This document shows, in pieces, positions 39,503 to 51,310 of a stretch of DNA of 64,000 nt. Positions within the stretch are counted from its first letter, which is position 1. Each line of letters opens with the position of its first letter. The notes beneath the pieces were generated by a model that saw nothing but the letters and a program-made list of their open reading frames with translations, searched no databases and was not told the origin of the DNA. Location: NCBI RefSeq assembly GCF_009834535.1, contig NC_045697.1:86864001-86928000 (forward strand), written 5' to 3'. Source of the stretch: Camelus ferus (lineage: Eukaryota). The position numbers were made by a program, and so were the translations under genes.

Positions 39503-41204
39503 AAGAAAAATGATTTTTAAATGAGATCGTAGATTAGACTGTTGCTACAGAGATTGATTAGCAGGTATTTGCACTGTCCAGAAAAACAGAGGAGAGAGTG
39601 GAAATGGACAAGAGATAGTTCAGAATCTTTAGGACTTGGCAATCAAAGAGCTTGGGAGTTAAGATGTCTGTTACTCCTGGTTATGGCCAGGTAACAGGAG
39701 GTTAAATTGAACTAGCTCAGGCAGAAAGAGTTCCCAAAGTCCAAGGGAGCCTGAAGCTCAGCCCTGGGAGCAATTAGAGCCAACTAGAGGCAAGGACGCA
39801 CACGTCATCTAGTGTACTGAGCCAGAGAGCTGGAAAATAAATCATCAGGAGGTATTCATTTGCAGGAGAATGTAATGAGTTTGACTTTGCAAGTTCAGTT
39901 TGTGCTGGCCGCTCACATAGGTAGATAGAGCCACCCAGTAAATGGGAATGAGACAGCTATGCACCCGGATACAGGCTAAGTTGATAAATCTAGGAGTCAC
40001 ACTCAAAGCAGTGGTAATTAATGCAAAGGGAATGGCTGTTTGTTGAGGAAAAGTATGGAGAGAGTTCTAAAATGAAAGAGAGAGGAGGAGTTCTTGGTGG
40101 AGGAGCTGGGGAAAGGAACTGGGGAAATACCTCTGTTTGGGGAACAGAAACAGGAAAAGGCAATAATCATGGAAGCAGAGAAGCAGCCACCAGGAAAAAA
40201 GGAAGAGGATCAGAAAGGAGGGTCCAAAGACAAGAACCCTACAAGATGAAGTAACGCCAGTATCACCCTACGACAAAGAAGGAAGGCCCCGAACAGTCTA
40301 AGTGGAAGACAATGACTGGTCTCCACTTTTCAGCAAAGCAAGGGAGGGGATATTTAAACTAATAGTGGTTTCAGGAGTGGAGAGGGCAGTGGGGCACCAG
40401 GTGGTCACAGGTAGAGACGAGTCTTTGAAGAGGTTCAGTGGTGAAGGAAAGAAGAGAAAAAAGATGGGAAAAAGCATTTTAGGAAATGGGACCCCCAAGT
40501 CTGCTGTAGGCCCGGGGGACTGAGCCAGTAGAAAAGGGGATTCACGTGCAGGGAGCTCTGGGAAGGAATCCTCTAGCACTTCAGCTGTCTGGAACCTAGT
40601 GATCCAGTGACCTCCCCTATCCAGAATACAACCCAGCACCAAGAAGCAAAAATGGTCTCAATAGCTTCAATCAATGTCATTATACTTTTTCAGTTAAGTT
40701 CATGGGTTCATAAAAGAAAACTCCTTTGCAAAACTGAATCAATCTTACTCTCCTTTAGGTCAGAGATGGACAAATGTTTCTCCAGGGCTCTAGTCTGACA
40801 GTAGCAAACCACACTCACATATATATGATAAAAAATGAAATTAAATTCCCATTTAATTAGCTAAGGATACAAAATCTCATAGGACATTAGGAGGCCACAG
40901 AGCAGGAGCAGATGTTGCCTATTTCAGCATGGCTTTCCTTGACCCAGGGTCCCTGGGGGCAGAGGTGGGACAGGGACAAGAAGATAAACTGACACTATCC
41001 ATACAGTGTAGGGTTTTTCTGCCTGGAAACATAATTCTGGCTAAAATCCTGTCCTTTTTTACTAGGCATGCAATCTCCATTCTAGAACTTGCACTAACAC
41101 CATATGTCATCCCATTTAATGGGAGGCTTACCTGGTCCTTGAACCATTCTCAGTATCAGCAGGAGACGTCAGTGTATAGTTGGTGCCGAGGTATCCCCAA
41201 ATAA

Positions 41205-42006
41205 TAGCTCTGCCTCCAGTTCTCCAGTACCCTAGGAAGTTCATTTCCCCTCTGTGCTAGAGATTCTCTGGTGCCTTCTATGTCCCTTCTCCACCCATCC
41301 CCATCCAGCTCTGTGTCCTGGGAGGGGGGATCTGTATGAACTCATCACAGGGACCTACCATGCCTCCTGGATTTCAGCTGGGTTTACCCAATAGGAAGCA
41401 CCAGAAGGACACGGGAATATAGGAGGAAAATGAGATCAGGAATTTATTCTCATGCCTCCCTCCCCGCAGGGTCTTTGTAAGTTAGCTCCAGCCTCCCACC
41501 CAGACCACAGCTCTTGGCAGCAGTTAGATCTAGATCCTCGTAACTGTGCCCTCTGCTTGCTCCTAAGACCTAGAGGTTGTAACGACTCCCACTAACTCTA
41601 GGGTACTGCTTCTTTAAACCCTACTTAGACTTCTGTAAAGAGAGTATTAAACTCTCTTCAAATAATTCAGTTTGAGGTACCATTTCTTTCTTTTTTTTAT
41701 TATTGAAGTATAGTCGATTTACAATGTTGTGATAATTTCTGGTGTACAGCATAGCGATTCATTTGTACATATATATATTCTTTTTCGTATTTATTTTAAT
41801 TGAAGTATAGTCAGTTTACAACATTGTGTCAATTTCTGGTGTACAGCATAATGTTTCAGTCATATATATACATGCATATATTCCTTTTCATATTCTTTTT
41901 CATTATAGGTTACTACAAGATATTGAATATAGTTCCCTATGCTACACAGTAGGACCTTACTGTTCATCTATTGCCATTTATCTCTTGCAGAACCTGACTG
42001 GTACCA
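41205..42006 (-). mobile_element. Old ERVL LTR (LTR33-like) interrupted by L1 3'-end fragments at ~41690-41971
   Basis: ttctccaccc...ctctgtgtcctgggaggggg...ttaaactctcttcaaat, resuming as ...aacctgactggtac after the L1 pieces. Confidence 0.55.
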
Positions 42007-42442
42007 CCATGCTGGTACCAGGCAGATAGGTTTCAGCCAATCCTATCAATTGGTGGGAGCATCTTTGGTGAAAGATTCTAAGACCACATCCAGGGTTTTA
42101 GTGATTGATGGGTTGTGATTGATTGGATGCAGGTAGGGAAGAGGGGCTCTCATGCCAACTCTTGGCAATCCTTGTTCTGGATTTTAACAGTCATTTCATG
42201 CCCCGATTCTCAGGAGATTTAAAGCCAAACAGAGAGAGGCTTGTTACAAGTGAGTACTCTGGGAACTGTACAAAGCAGTGGCTGACATATGAGTACAAGA
42301 GGAGCCTGAAAGGGAAGCTTAAAAAGCAGACAAACATAGATGCAAACAAAAACCACACGTGCAAATAATAGCACACCACAGGCCAATCTAGTGTTCAGTC
42401 TGCCCAGATAATGGTGGTCTTGAGCAACTAAAAAAAAAAACT

Positions 42443-42533
42443 GGGAGAAGGGTATATCTCAGTGGTAGAGCGCATGCTTAGCACGCACGAGGTCCTGGGT
42501 TCGATCCCCAGTACCGCCATTAAAGAGAAAAAA
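42443..42533 (+). mobile_element. tRNA-Ala-derived camelid-type SINE, short form
   Basis: gggtatatctcagtggtagagcgcatgcttagcacgcacgaggtcctgggttcgatccccagtacc plus A-rich tail. Confidence 0.85.
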
Positions 42534-43879
42534 GACAACTAGATATGTTTGGCATACTTTCTTTAAGAAGGGCAGAAAGTGTTTTATATATTTTAAAAAG
42601 ATTTCTATCCCAAAGGGCTAAAATGTATATTGATGATCTGAAGAGCTAACCAATAGCTTGCTGGCCAGTTTGTGCTCATGTCTGTCAGTTCACCAGTATC
42701 TAGAGAGATTTCATAAAAGGTCAGTTACCCACGCATTCCCCACTGCTGCCATTGCTAAAATTCCTAAAATTCCTGCCCATTGCAATAGTCAGTGACAGCT
42801 AATGACCTCAGCCTCCCTAGGGATCAGGAGCCAGTGATGCCAAACTAGTGATGGGGAGGCAGCGAGAGCGTCCGTCCTTGCCCTGCAGTACTGGGGGCCC
42901 TTGCCTTGCTCTGCATCTCCAGGTCTGGTTGCTATCGTCCCCTTTTTTCACTGCACTGGAAGTTACTCCTTGGGCCAGACTCTGTGTTTTGGGCAGTGTA
43001 ACACTGATCATTTCTTCAGGGTTCATTAGCTAATAGGAAAAGCCAAGTGAGCCTTCCTCTGGTCGAAGAGAACAGAGGCCTCGATTCACAGTGACCTGCT
43101 GGAGCTGCGTGGCCGCCACTGTTGAGTCTGTGTCATGCAAGAAACAGCTGAACAGCTCTGACGAAGCTTACTGTGAACAGACCACTGTGCTAAGCTCTGT
43201 ATGGGGACGCAAAATTGTGTGAGAAGCTGGGGCTCATCCTGACAAGCCTCCAGTTTGGTGAAGAAGGCAATCATGAGCACTACTGACTATGATGAAAGGA
43301 AACATTTTGTCCAACTGGTCTGGCTAGCACGCAACCCTGTGCAGGCGAGACAGCCCTCTGCACTCCGTCCTGGACCTCTCTGTGAGCTGTGATCGCTGGG
43401 AGAGCTCTGAGAACTGGCCCCCCGACCCTCCCATCCAGTGTGATGACCAGCTGGAAGGAAGAGTTTACACCCTGCCTTGTGAGCCAACTGGAGACTGGAA
43501 CCCAAACTCTGGCTTCATTTGGTGAATGTCCTCCATCATGCCCTGTATCTGGCTCTTATCCTAAATTCCTGCTCATAGAGACCTGCTGAGGTCATGTCTT
43601 GAGTGACACAGCTCTTCCTCACCTGGCACGGAGTACACTCAGTTTGTTTTTTGTTTTTTGGGGTTTTTTTGTGTTTTGTTTTTTTTTTTTTTTTGCCAGC
43701 TCCCCTGGTCTTTGTATTTTCATTTGACACTAAAAACAGTGCCAGTAAAATGGATGCTGGGAGGAAGAGGAAGCTGATCTGGACTGTGAAGGATGAGAGG
43801 GTTCTGAGAGGTGAGGATGAAAAGTCAGGGCCTTCCAGGTCCAGCAGGTCCCATGCATCATAGGCCATAACCTCTGGTG

Positions 43880-44454
43880 TGAAGAAATGAAACAGTCTAC
43901 ATTTTTCCATAATTAAACTTAGTTTTTACCTTTTGGCATAAGAATTATTTTGAGCTAAAGGCATTTGAGTTTCTCAAATCCCTTGTCTGCCTAAAAGCAG
44001 AGCCTCCCCAAAGAACTCAATTGTCATAAATCCCCTCCCCAGGAGCAACTCTAATCGTTTTATAAAAAGAAGTCAAGGAGTTAACACCACACCCAGGCAG
44101 ACATTGTCACAAACCATCATATCTCCCATCTTTTCTTCTAAGGCCTCATTTATCTTTTGAATAAGTCATTTGTGTTGCCGTAAGCTTTTTCTGCCCCCTC
44201 TTCTAAGGAGTTATTTGTTCTCCAGAAGTGCCCCTGTGCCCCTTCTCAGACCTGAGTAACATGGTATATAAGCTCTCAAATCGTATCTTTTTTGTGTGTA
44301 TTCAGTTCTTTCTGTGACACTCCCATGCATGTAAAATTAAAAATTAATAAACTTGTATGCCTTTTCTCCTGTTAATCTGTCTGTTGTCAGTTTAATTCAC
44401 AGGCATCTGTCACTGAACATAAGAGGATAGAGGAAATCGAAACCTGCCCTACCA
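43880..44454 (+). mobile_element. MER34-like LTR (ERV1)
   Basis: ttttggcataagaattattttgagctaaaggc head; TATA-like ggtatataag; AATAAA at ~44346; ttttctcctgttaatctgtct tail. Confidence 0.7.
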
Positions 44455-46301
44455 GTGCTTCCGCATACCAACCCACCCTCCCCTAACTCTTAAAAGCTTG
44501 ACTGAGCTCCAGATGGGGGAGACAGATCTGAGCTTTGCCTCCTTTCTCCTTGCTTGACTACACTGCAGTCAAGCCTTTTCTGTCTGCTAAGGACCATTGT
44601 TTCAGTATTTGGTTGTTCTGTGTCACAGCGTACAGTGAGCTCACTTGCTCGGTTCCATCCCTAGGCAAGAGGGACAAGTCTTTGTCAGTCAGTCGTTGGT
44701 TCCCAGGTAGTTTTGAGCAGTTCCCTGGTGAGGGCAATTCTCTGGAGAAGGGTGGATTCACAGCCAACATTCATAACAACTGAGGGTGGTGTCATCGGCA
44801 AATAAAGGGGATGGGGTGGGACCAACATGGTATACCGGAGGGAGCTTCCAAGGTGTCCAGGCACTTGGGCCAGTGCCCAGGATACTTGGTCTTCACCATC
44901 TGTCATCCAGCGGTCTCCATTTATCAGCACTCAGTGACACCAATAGCACACAGATATGCCACCGCATTTGGTCCTCAGGCGGCCATCATCAACTGAGACC
45001 TAACTGAGAACGCATCTGACCCCAGACGTAGCCAGTGCTATAGTCCCTGGCACCCCAGCCTTGAGAGTGCTCCAGCCCTTCTGTTTTTCTCTCGCAGAAC
45101 CCTCTCGTCTCTCCCAGAGCCGGTAAGCGCTGACTGCACTCTGAACCTTCCTGGCTGAATGGGCAAGTGAGGCTGCACCAGGCTCTGTGCGGGTCTTATG
45201 AGGCTCAGAGCCATCCCGGAGCTATGTCTCAGGACAGGAGGCTCCCAAGTCTTGGCACTGTGAAAACTTTTCAGTAGATTCTCTTCAGCTACCCTCCAGG
45301 GTTTCAACCCGTGAGGAAGCGGGACATGCGCCTTATCTGACCCTCAGGCAGCCACGACCTCGGAGCCGCTCTCCTCCCCGCCGCTGGGGCAACACTCCTT
45401 TAGTGTGTGGCCAGCTAGGTTCTTCATCTACTTTCTTTATGAGGTATTTATTCTGTTAAACTTCACTGGGGGATTTTTCTATTGAGACTTTAAGCTTCCC
45501 TTTTGGAACTAAAAAAAAAATCCCTTTCTCCCTCAAAAAGCCCTGATTTTTTTTTTTTCTTTCACAACCATTGTTTCAGCCCTGGGTTTCAAAAGTCTGT
45601 TCTTGAAACACAAAAGCTGAACAAGAATTGTTTCTTTGTTTTTGCGTTCCTGCCTTAATAATGCTAATCCTGCCCGAGGCCATGAATGCCTCCGACTCAA
45701 TAATAGAGCCTTTGAAACCAAGAGGGTTTCAGAAGAGAGGGCATAACCTTGCCACAGCCGTGGGGGAACCAACCCCCACACCAGAGTCACGGAAACATGT
45801 GGCCCGGCTTGGAGGCACTGGAAGGATAAGAAGTTTGCTAAAGAAGAGGCAGTGTGCCAGAAAGGCAAATGGGAAAGAAATGTGGAAAGAAATCAAGATG
45901 CGTTTTCAGAGGTTTCAGTTTCAGGCTCGGTGGGGGAATCCCTGGATCTCTTCCCCTGGCCTGGGGCTGCCCTTCGAAGGGCATGTCCAGACTTGTAGGA
46001 TCTGGGCCCTGGAGAAGAGAATACAACGGGAAAGAATAGGAAGAGAAATGACTTTAAATTTGCACAAGATATTTAAAATAGGCAACGAGGAATATTTGGC
46101 CTCCATCCAGATACACCCACAGACATCCCAAATGTCTACTCCTAGAGAAGAATTTAAGACATTAGATTTTGGTTCAGAATATGTCTGAGAGCTAGATAGA
46201 GTAATAAGGAGCCAGTAAGAGGAAAATACTCATTTTCTGCATTGTAGGAAACACAGAAGAAGAGGGAATGCTGTTCTGGGTTTTAAAACTGGAATTAGTA
46301 G

Positions 46302-46765
46302 TGTTCAGGTCAGGGCAAAAGCGGCATTTGGATTATTTTGAATAACTTTAGTTACCTAAGAAACAGCCGATGCAAGGACACTCTGACCCTCTCTTGTCTC
46401 CCTGAAAGTAGGAAATAAATCCCCGCGTGAAAGGTGCCCTCCCTGCACTGGGAGGTCGCGGGCCTTCTTAGCACCAGAGACAGTGAAGTCGGCACTTGGA
46501 AGGCTGGTTACTTTGCTACTTTACTACTCTGAGCCCAAACTTCTGTGTCTTGTCAGTTCTTCACAAATTTACAAATTTATTTTTTTGTCTAAAAAGTATA
46601 AAAGCAGTCTGCTTTGGTCATTTCTTTAGGTTCCATATCTATGAGAGCTCCATGCATACAAAATTTAATTTGATTTTCTCCTGTTAATCTGTCTTGTGTC
46701 AATTTAGTTATTAGACCTGTCAAAAGAACCCGGCAAGGTAGGAGTAAAATTTCCCCTCTTCAACA
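46302..46765 (+). mobile_element. MER34-like LTR followed by a PBS-like/internal start
   Basis: tgtt...aaca ends; aaaagtataaaa; ttttctcctgttaatctgtct shared with the 43880 LTR; followed by atggcattgatagcggatggga. Confidence 0.65.
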
Positions 46766-46848
46766 ATGGCATTGATAGCGGATGGGAGACTCCCCTTAGA
46801 CTGGGGATCCCACAAAAGGGGGTTCTTGCCTGCAGGCTGGGAAGAAGT

Positions 46849-47506
46849 TGTTGCCGATAGATGCAACTGGTGTTCCAGGTTCTTGTCCCGTCCCAGAAAG
46901 AATTCAGAGACAAGACTTAGAGGTTAAAAAAGGTAAAGTGAAAATTTATTAAAGGATGGATAGTACACTCTCAGGGGAGAGCGGGCAGGCTCAGGTGAGT
47001 GGCTGCCCTGAGTTTCTTTAGCAAGTTAGCTACATAGGGTGTAAAAATGGATGGACGGAATATTCACTGGGGAGGGAAGGGTTTGGGGTCATATTCCCTG
47101 ATTATCATCCCAATTCCACCTTCCCGAAGGGAGGAGGGATTTTTGTCCTTATTCAGTCTGGATCGGAAGTGTCATGGCGTCGGTGCATGATGGGTACTTC
47201 TGATCTGCAAGGCTAATTTTATTGAAATGAGGGCATAATGAGCAAAAGGTTACATTCGGACACTAGAAATTCCTGCCTTTTCTGACCTTTCTTTGTTCTT
47301 CTCCAGGCCACTTGTCATCCCAAAAGGCATGATCCCTCATCAGCCCCAAGGTTCCTGCTTTTCTTTCTCTGCCCAAAGATCCCTGCTGCTTACATGATGT
47401 GTGGTTTCCTGCATTTGGCCTGTGCCCCTCCTTTCTGCCCAATTCCTGCCATTTGGTCTGTGTCCCCCTTTCTCTGCTCATATCTAGCTGTCTCCCTGCT
47501 CTAACA
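46849..47506 (-). mobile_element. Young solo LTR (ERV1-type), 658 bp
   Basis: TGTT...AACA ends with a perfect 4-bp TSD AAGT (46845-46848 / 47507-47510); minus-strand AATAAA at 46945-46950; CpGs retained. Confidence 0.85.
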
Positions 47507-48324
47507 AAGTCACAGCTGAGGCAGAGGGACAGAATGAAAGCTGCTTTATTTACCACCAAGGGAGAAGGTAGAAGGGCGCTGGAGCAGGGCGCTGTAAGCC
47601 CAGGTGGCTTGATGTAAGAACTCCCGCTCTTGGGGTCTCAGCTGGGTCCTTTTATCTGGTCCTCTTTGTGGCTTCTTGTCGTCTTCTCATTGGCTGCCCT
47701 TTTCACGCTCATTCCTTCACTCATTCTTCCGGTTCCTTCTCCTCCATTGGTGGAGCAAGCACTTTGCAGAAACAAGATTAAGCATATGGGACCTTCTGTT
47801 CCCTTAGGATTATTTTTCTCCATTATTCAAGCAGAAGTATCTCCTAAGGCATAGGCTACATTTAACCTTTTAAAGGATTCTCTAGACAGTGGGTCCGAGT
47901 TTTGCTTCCCTAGTTCCCTACCTCCTTTAGCACAGTTGAAAACAGGCCTAGTAACGTAAGTAAAATGTACAACTCTCCAGGGTGTTCCAGAGACTTACCA
48001 GAGTAAACTAAGTTTCGGCCACATCATTCCTCTTGGTTTCAGATATTTGGGTCAAAGAAACATTTGCAAACTTCTTTTTAAAGTATTTTTGTCTGTTTAT
48101 AAATATTCAGAGTGTTTTCACTTTTTGGTCTTTTAATTTGATAATTTATTATCAGTAAGTCATCTCTGAATTATTTATAGTTGATAATCATATTAACATT
48201 TACTGAGTGCTTATTATATGCACTTTATATATACTAACTCATTTAATCCTCACAACAACCTTGTAAGACAGAATCCCATTTTATAACCGAGGAAATGTCA
48301 TTGCAGTAACATTGACCACACCTA

Positions 48325-48800
48325 CTGTTCAGATCTTTCTCAATACCATTCTCTGCAAAAAATAACAAAAGAAAAACAGACAACAACAACAACAAAAACC
48401 AGAGCTCTTTGAAGAAATGCTTGATTCCAGGGCTGGGGCTGGAAAAGTCTAAGATAAGCCTAGAACATTTTCATGTATGTGCCAGAAAGTAAAGAAGTGT
48501 TCAAAGAATGATGGGAAAATGTCAAAAAAGCGTGAAAGCCAGCTGGAAGGGGCTCCCACTAGCCAAATCTGGGATAATTTGATCATCAGTAAACAATGAT
48601 AGAAACAAATATTGCCTACTGAATAAAATAAGCATCAATGAGTTTATACTAATATACATAAGTGAATGAATGAATGAATGAAAAGGAAAAGCTTTTCCTT
48701 ACAGTATACAATTCTGTATACATAATGCTCACTAATAAATGTGGAAGGAATGATGGATTTAAGAAATCACCATTTGGCATCATAGTAGAAAATCTTACAA
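48325..48800 (+). mobile_element. Old L1 (L1MC-like) 3' region
   Basis: ttgattccagggctggggc...ggggctcccactagccaaatctgggataatttga...gaaatcaccatttggca. Confidence 0.6.
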
Positions 48801-50789
48801 GCTTCTAAACAAAGATCAGAACTTTCAAAGACAACTGATGAAGGAAAGATAACTAGACTAGTGATAGACTTCTTGTCTGAAACCTTGAATCAGACAATTT
48901 GCATTTACATTTACAGACCACTGGTAATAGCCCTCTATCAAGGGAAGTTCTCATCCACACATGAGAGCAAAGTAAAGACGCTTTGGCATGTTACGAGGGC
49001 TCTGAAAATATGGTACCCACGTACCTTTCTGAGAAAATCCTCTAACCACATGAAAATCAAGTTTCATGATGGGGAAGATGAAAAGTTCAAGAAACACTGA
49101 TGAACAATGAGTCTCATAACATTAACAATTAAATCTAAATGGATGATGACAGTTAACTGGAGATTATAGTCTTAAGAATTTTGAAAGAGGAGAGAGATTC
49201 TGTGAGGGAAAACTAATTGTTTTTCAGATAATTGTCTGGGTTTGAAATTCTATAGTTATCTTATACAAACTCAAGATTTGGGCAAAAGGGAGGAGATGGC
49301 AGTTAAACGTTCTGAAGGTGTCATTTAGTGGAAGGAGTGCAGAAGCGTTGAAGGACGGCAAAGCTGTTACTTACTTTTTGGTCTATCAGTGGAGGATTTG
49401 ATTATGACAGCTAGGAAGACAACTATTAGTAAAATTGAAAAATATGTGTCTGGTAAGGAATGAATAAGTTGGAGGACATTGTTTAATTTTCCATAGAAAT
49501 AGAAATATGACTATTAAAGTTAGGAAAGTTAGGAGTAGCAGAATGGAGATGCATAGTAGAAATTCCAATTTGTGAATAGAGGAGGAAAAGAGAAAAACAA
49601 TCTAGTAAGAGTAAGGAAAAGAGAGAAGGGAAAATAATGTATAAAAGTGTACAATAACATGGAAGAAATAAAATTAAAGTGTATACATTTTCACTACTAA
49701 TGTGAAATTCTCCTATCAAAAGGCAAAAACTCGCAGCCTGAATTTGAAAATCAGATTCAATTAGAGCCAGTATCAGGCAGTGCCTCAGTAAGATGACATG
49801 TTCGAAATGGGATAATTTGAGGTTTACTTAGGAAGGTGTGAGTGGGGAGTGCAAGAACCACAAGGCATAGTGTTCCACTGGGTGAACACCAGCAGGGCTG
49901 TTGCCACTCCTAAGCCCAAAGGGACAAGGGGAGGACACGGTTACCAAAACCTGGAAAGAAAGAATCATGAGGAGTAGGGCACCTTCAGCTGAAAGTCACA
50001 GACGTGACATCACAGGAAAGAAGCCAAGAACTGACTTCAGTCTCCTCTAGATTTAGCCAGAGAGCAAGAGAAGGTGGTGTGGTCCATAGAGGGCAGCCAC
50101 TTTGCAGGGTCAGGAGGGTGAGCAGTGGATCCAGAGAAGCAAGTAAACAAGATACCTGCCCCACATACTGTTTACAAGAACTGCACCTAAAGAAAACTTT
50201 GAAGAAAGGAAAGGTACATGACTGTAACCGACTATGGATAGGACTTTTCCTGTTACCCAGAAGTTGTGGACTTTGTGCTAGACCCAAAGCTGGGGAGAGG
50301 GGGAGACTAAATGTTCTCCCATAAGAGAACTATCAGGTGGTCAAGCTGCCAGAATATCCCTGCAGGACTTACTAATGGGCACACCTGCCCATAACCCCCT
50401 CTCCTTCATCTGTATAAGAGATTTGGGGAAGGCGGAAAGTGAGTTTTAGGCTTTGAGGAAAACAGTGGATGGTGAAATGAATTATACACATATCAACTAG
50501 ATGAAATTTAATTCTTAAAATACGAGTTCTTTGAATTATGGAGCAAGAGAGGAAATTAAAATGTTAAGCAAGGAGAGTAGCATAGAAAAATATTCCTAGT
50601 CTCTGATTGCAACAGTGCAAAAAAGGGCAGACACCAGTGAGCAAACATAAGAAGGGAGCACAAATAAAACAAGAGGAACCAATGTCTTAGGCTAGTGGAC
50701 TGTGGGTGATGTCTTTTTTGTATTCATTACTTTTGTTGTCATACAACGGCATAAGAAGTAAATGAAAGCAAAGGCTTAAAACAGAGAAA

Positions 50790-51310
50790 CAAATGGGTGG
50801 AAGTAGTAGAGACAACAATTAGACAACCCTTGAGGAATTCTGCTGTAGAGGAAAGCAGAAAATGGGGTGGTACCTGGAAAGGGCTGTGGGGCCAAGGGAA
50901 GGGAGGGGCTTTTTTGAAGATAGGAAAACAGCTACATATTTTTCTGCTGATGGGAATGATCTACTAGAAAGGAGCAAAGCTGCTGCTGGAGAAAAGCCCT
51001 TCAGCAAGGGAGAGGAAATGTGACCCAGCGCTCAGGTGGGGTGAGCAGGGGGCAGGGCAGGGGCCACGTAAGGTGTGTGGGAGCAGATGTAAGCTGGTTG
51101 TCTGTCTGATGGTGGGAAGCTGAGGAGAGTCTATTCTGACTGATTCCATTACCTTCAGCAAAATAAGAAGCAAAATGAGGTGCCAACTGAGAGTGAGGGT
51201 TGTTGGAAGTTTAAGATAAAAGAAGTGCGAAAATGGTCTCAGAGGTGGAAAGAGTTAAGGGACCAAGGCAATATGCTAGAATTTCCTGAGAAGACGGGGT
51301 CTATTTGAGG
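50790..51310. mobile_element. L2-like fragment
   Basis: Purine-rich degenerate stretch with tagacaacccttgaggaattctgctgta and tgctgatgggaatgatcta. Confidence 0.45.

Noticed and set aside
38149..39503. Active L1 ORF2
   Set aside because: 5'-truncated (no promoter, ORF1, endonuclease or RT core) and frameshifted
42443..42518. tRNA-Ala(AGC) gene
   Set aside because: Poor acceptor-stem pairing, A-rich tail and related copies elsewhere in the window indicate a SINE
45628..46188. 186-aa ORF in the LTR cluster as a possible domesticated gag/env
   Set aside because: Non-ATG start and no Gag MHR, zinc-knuckle, protease or Env motif visible; a profile search would be needed to revive it
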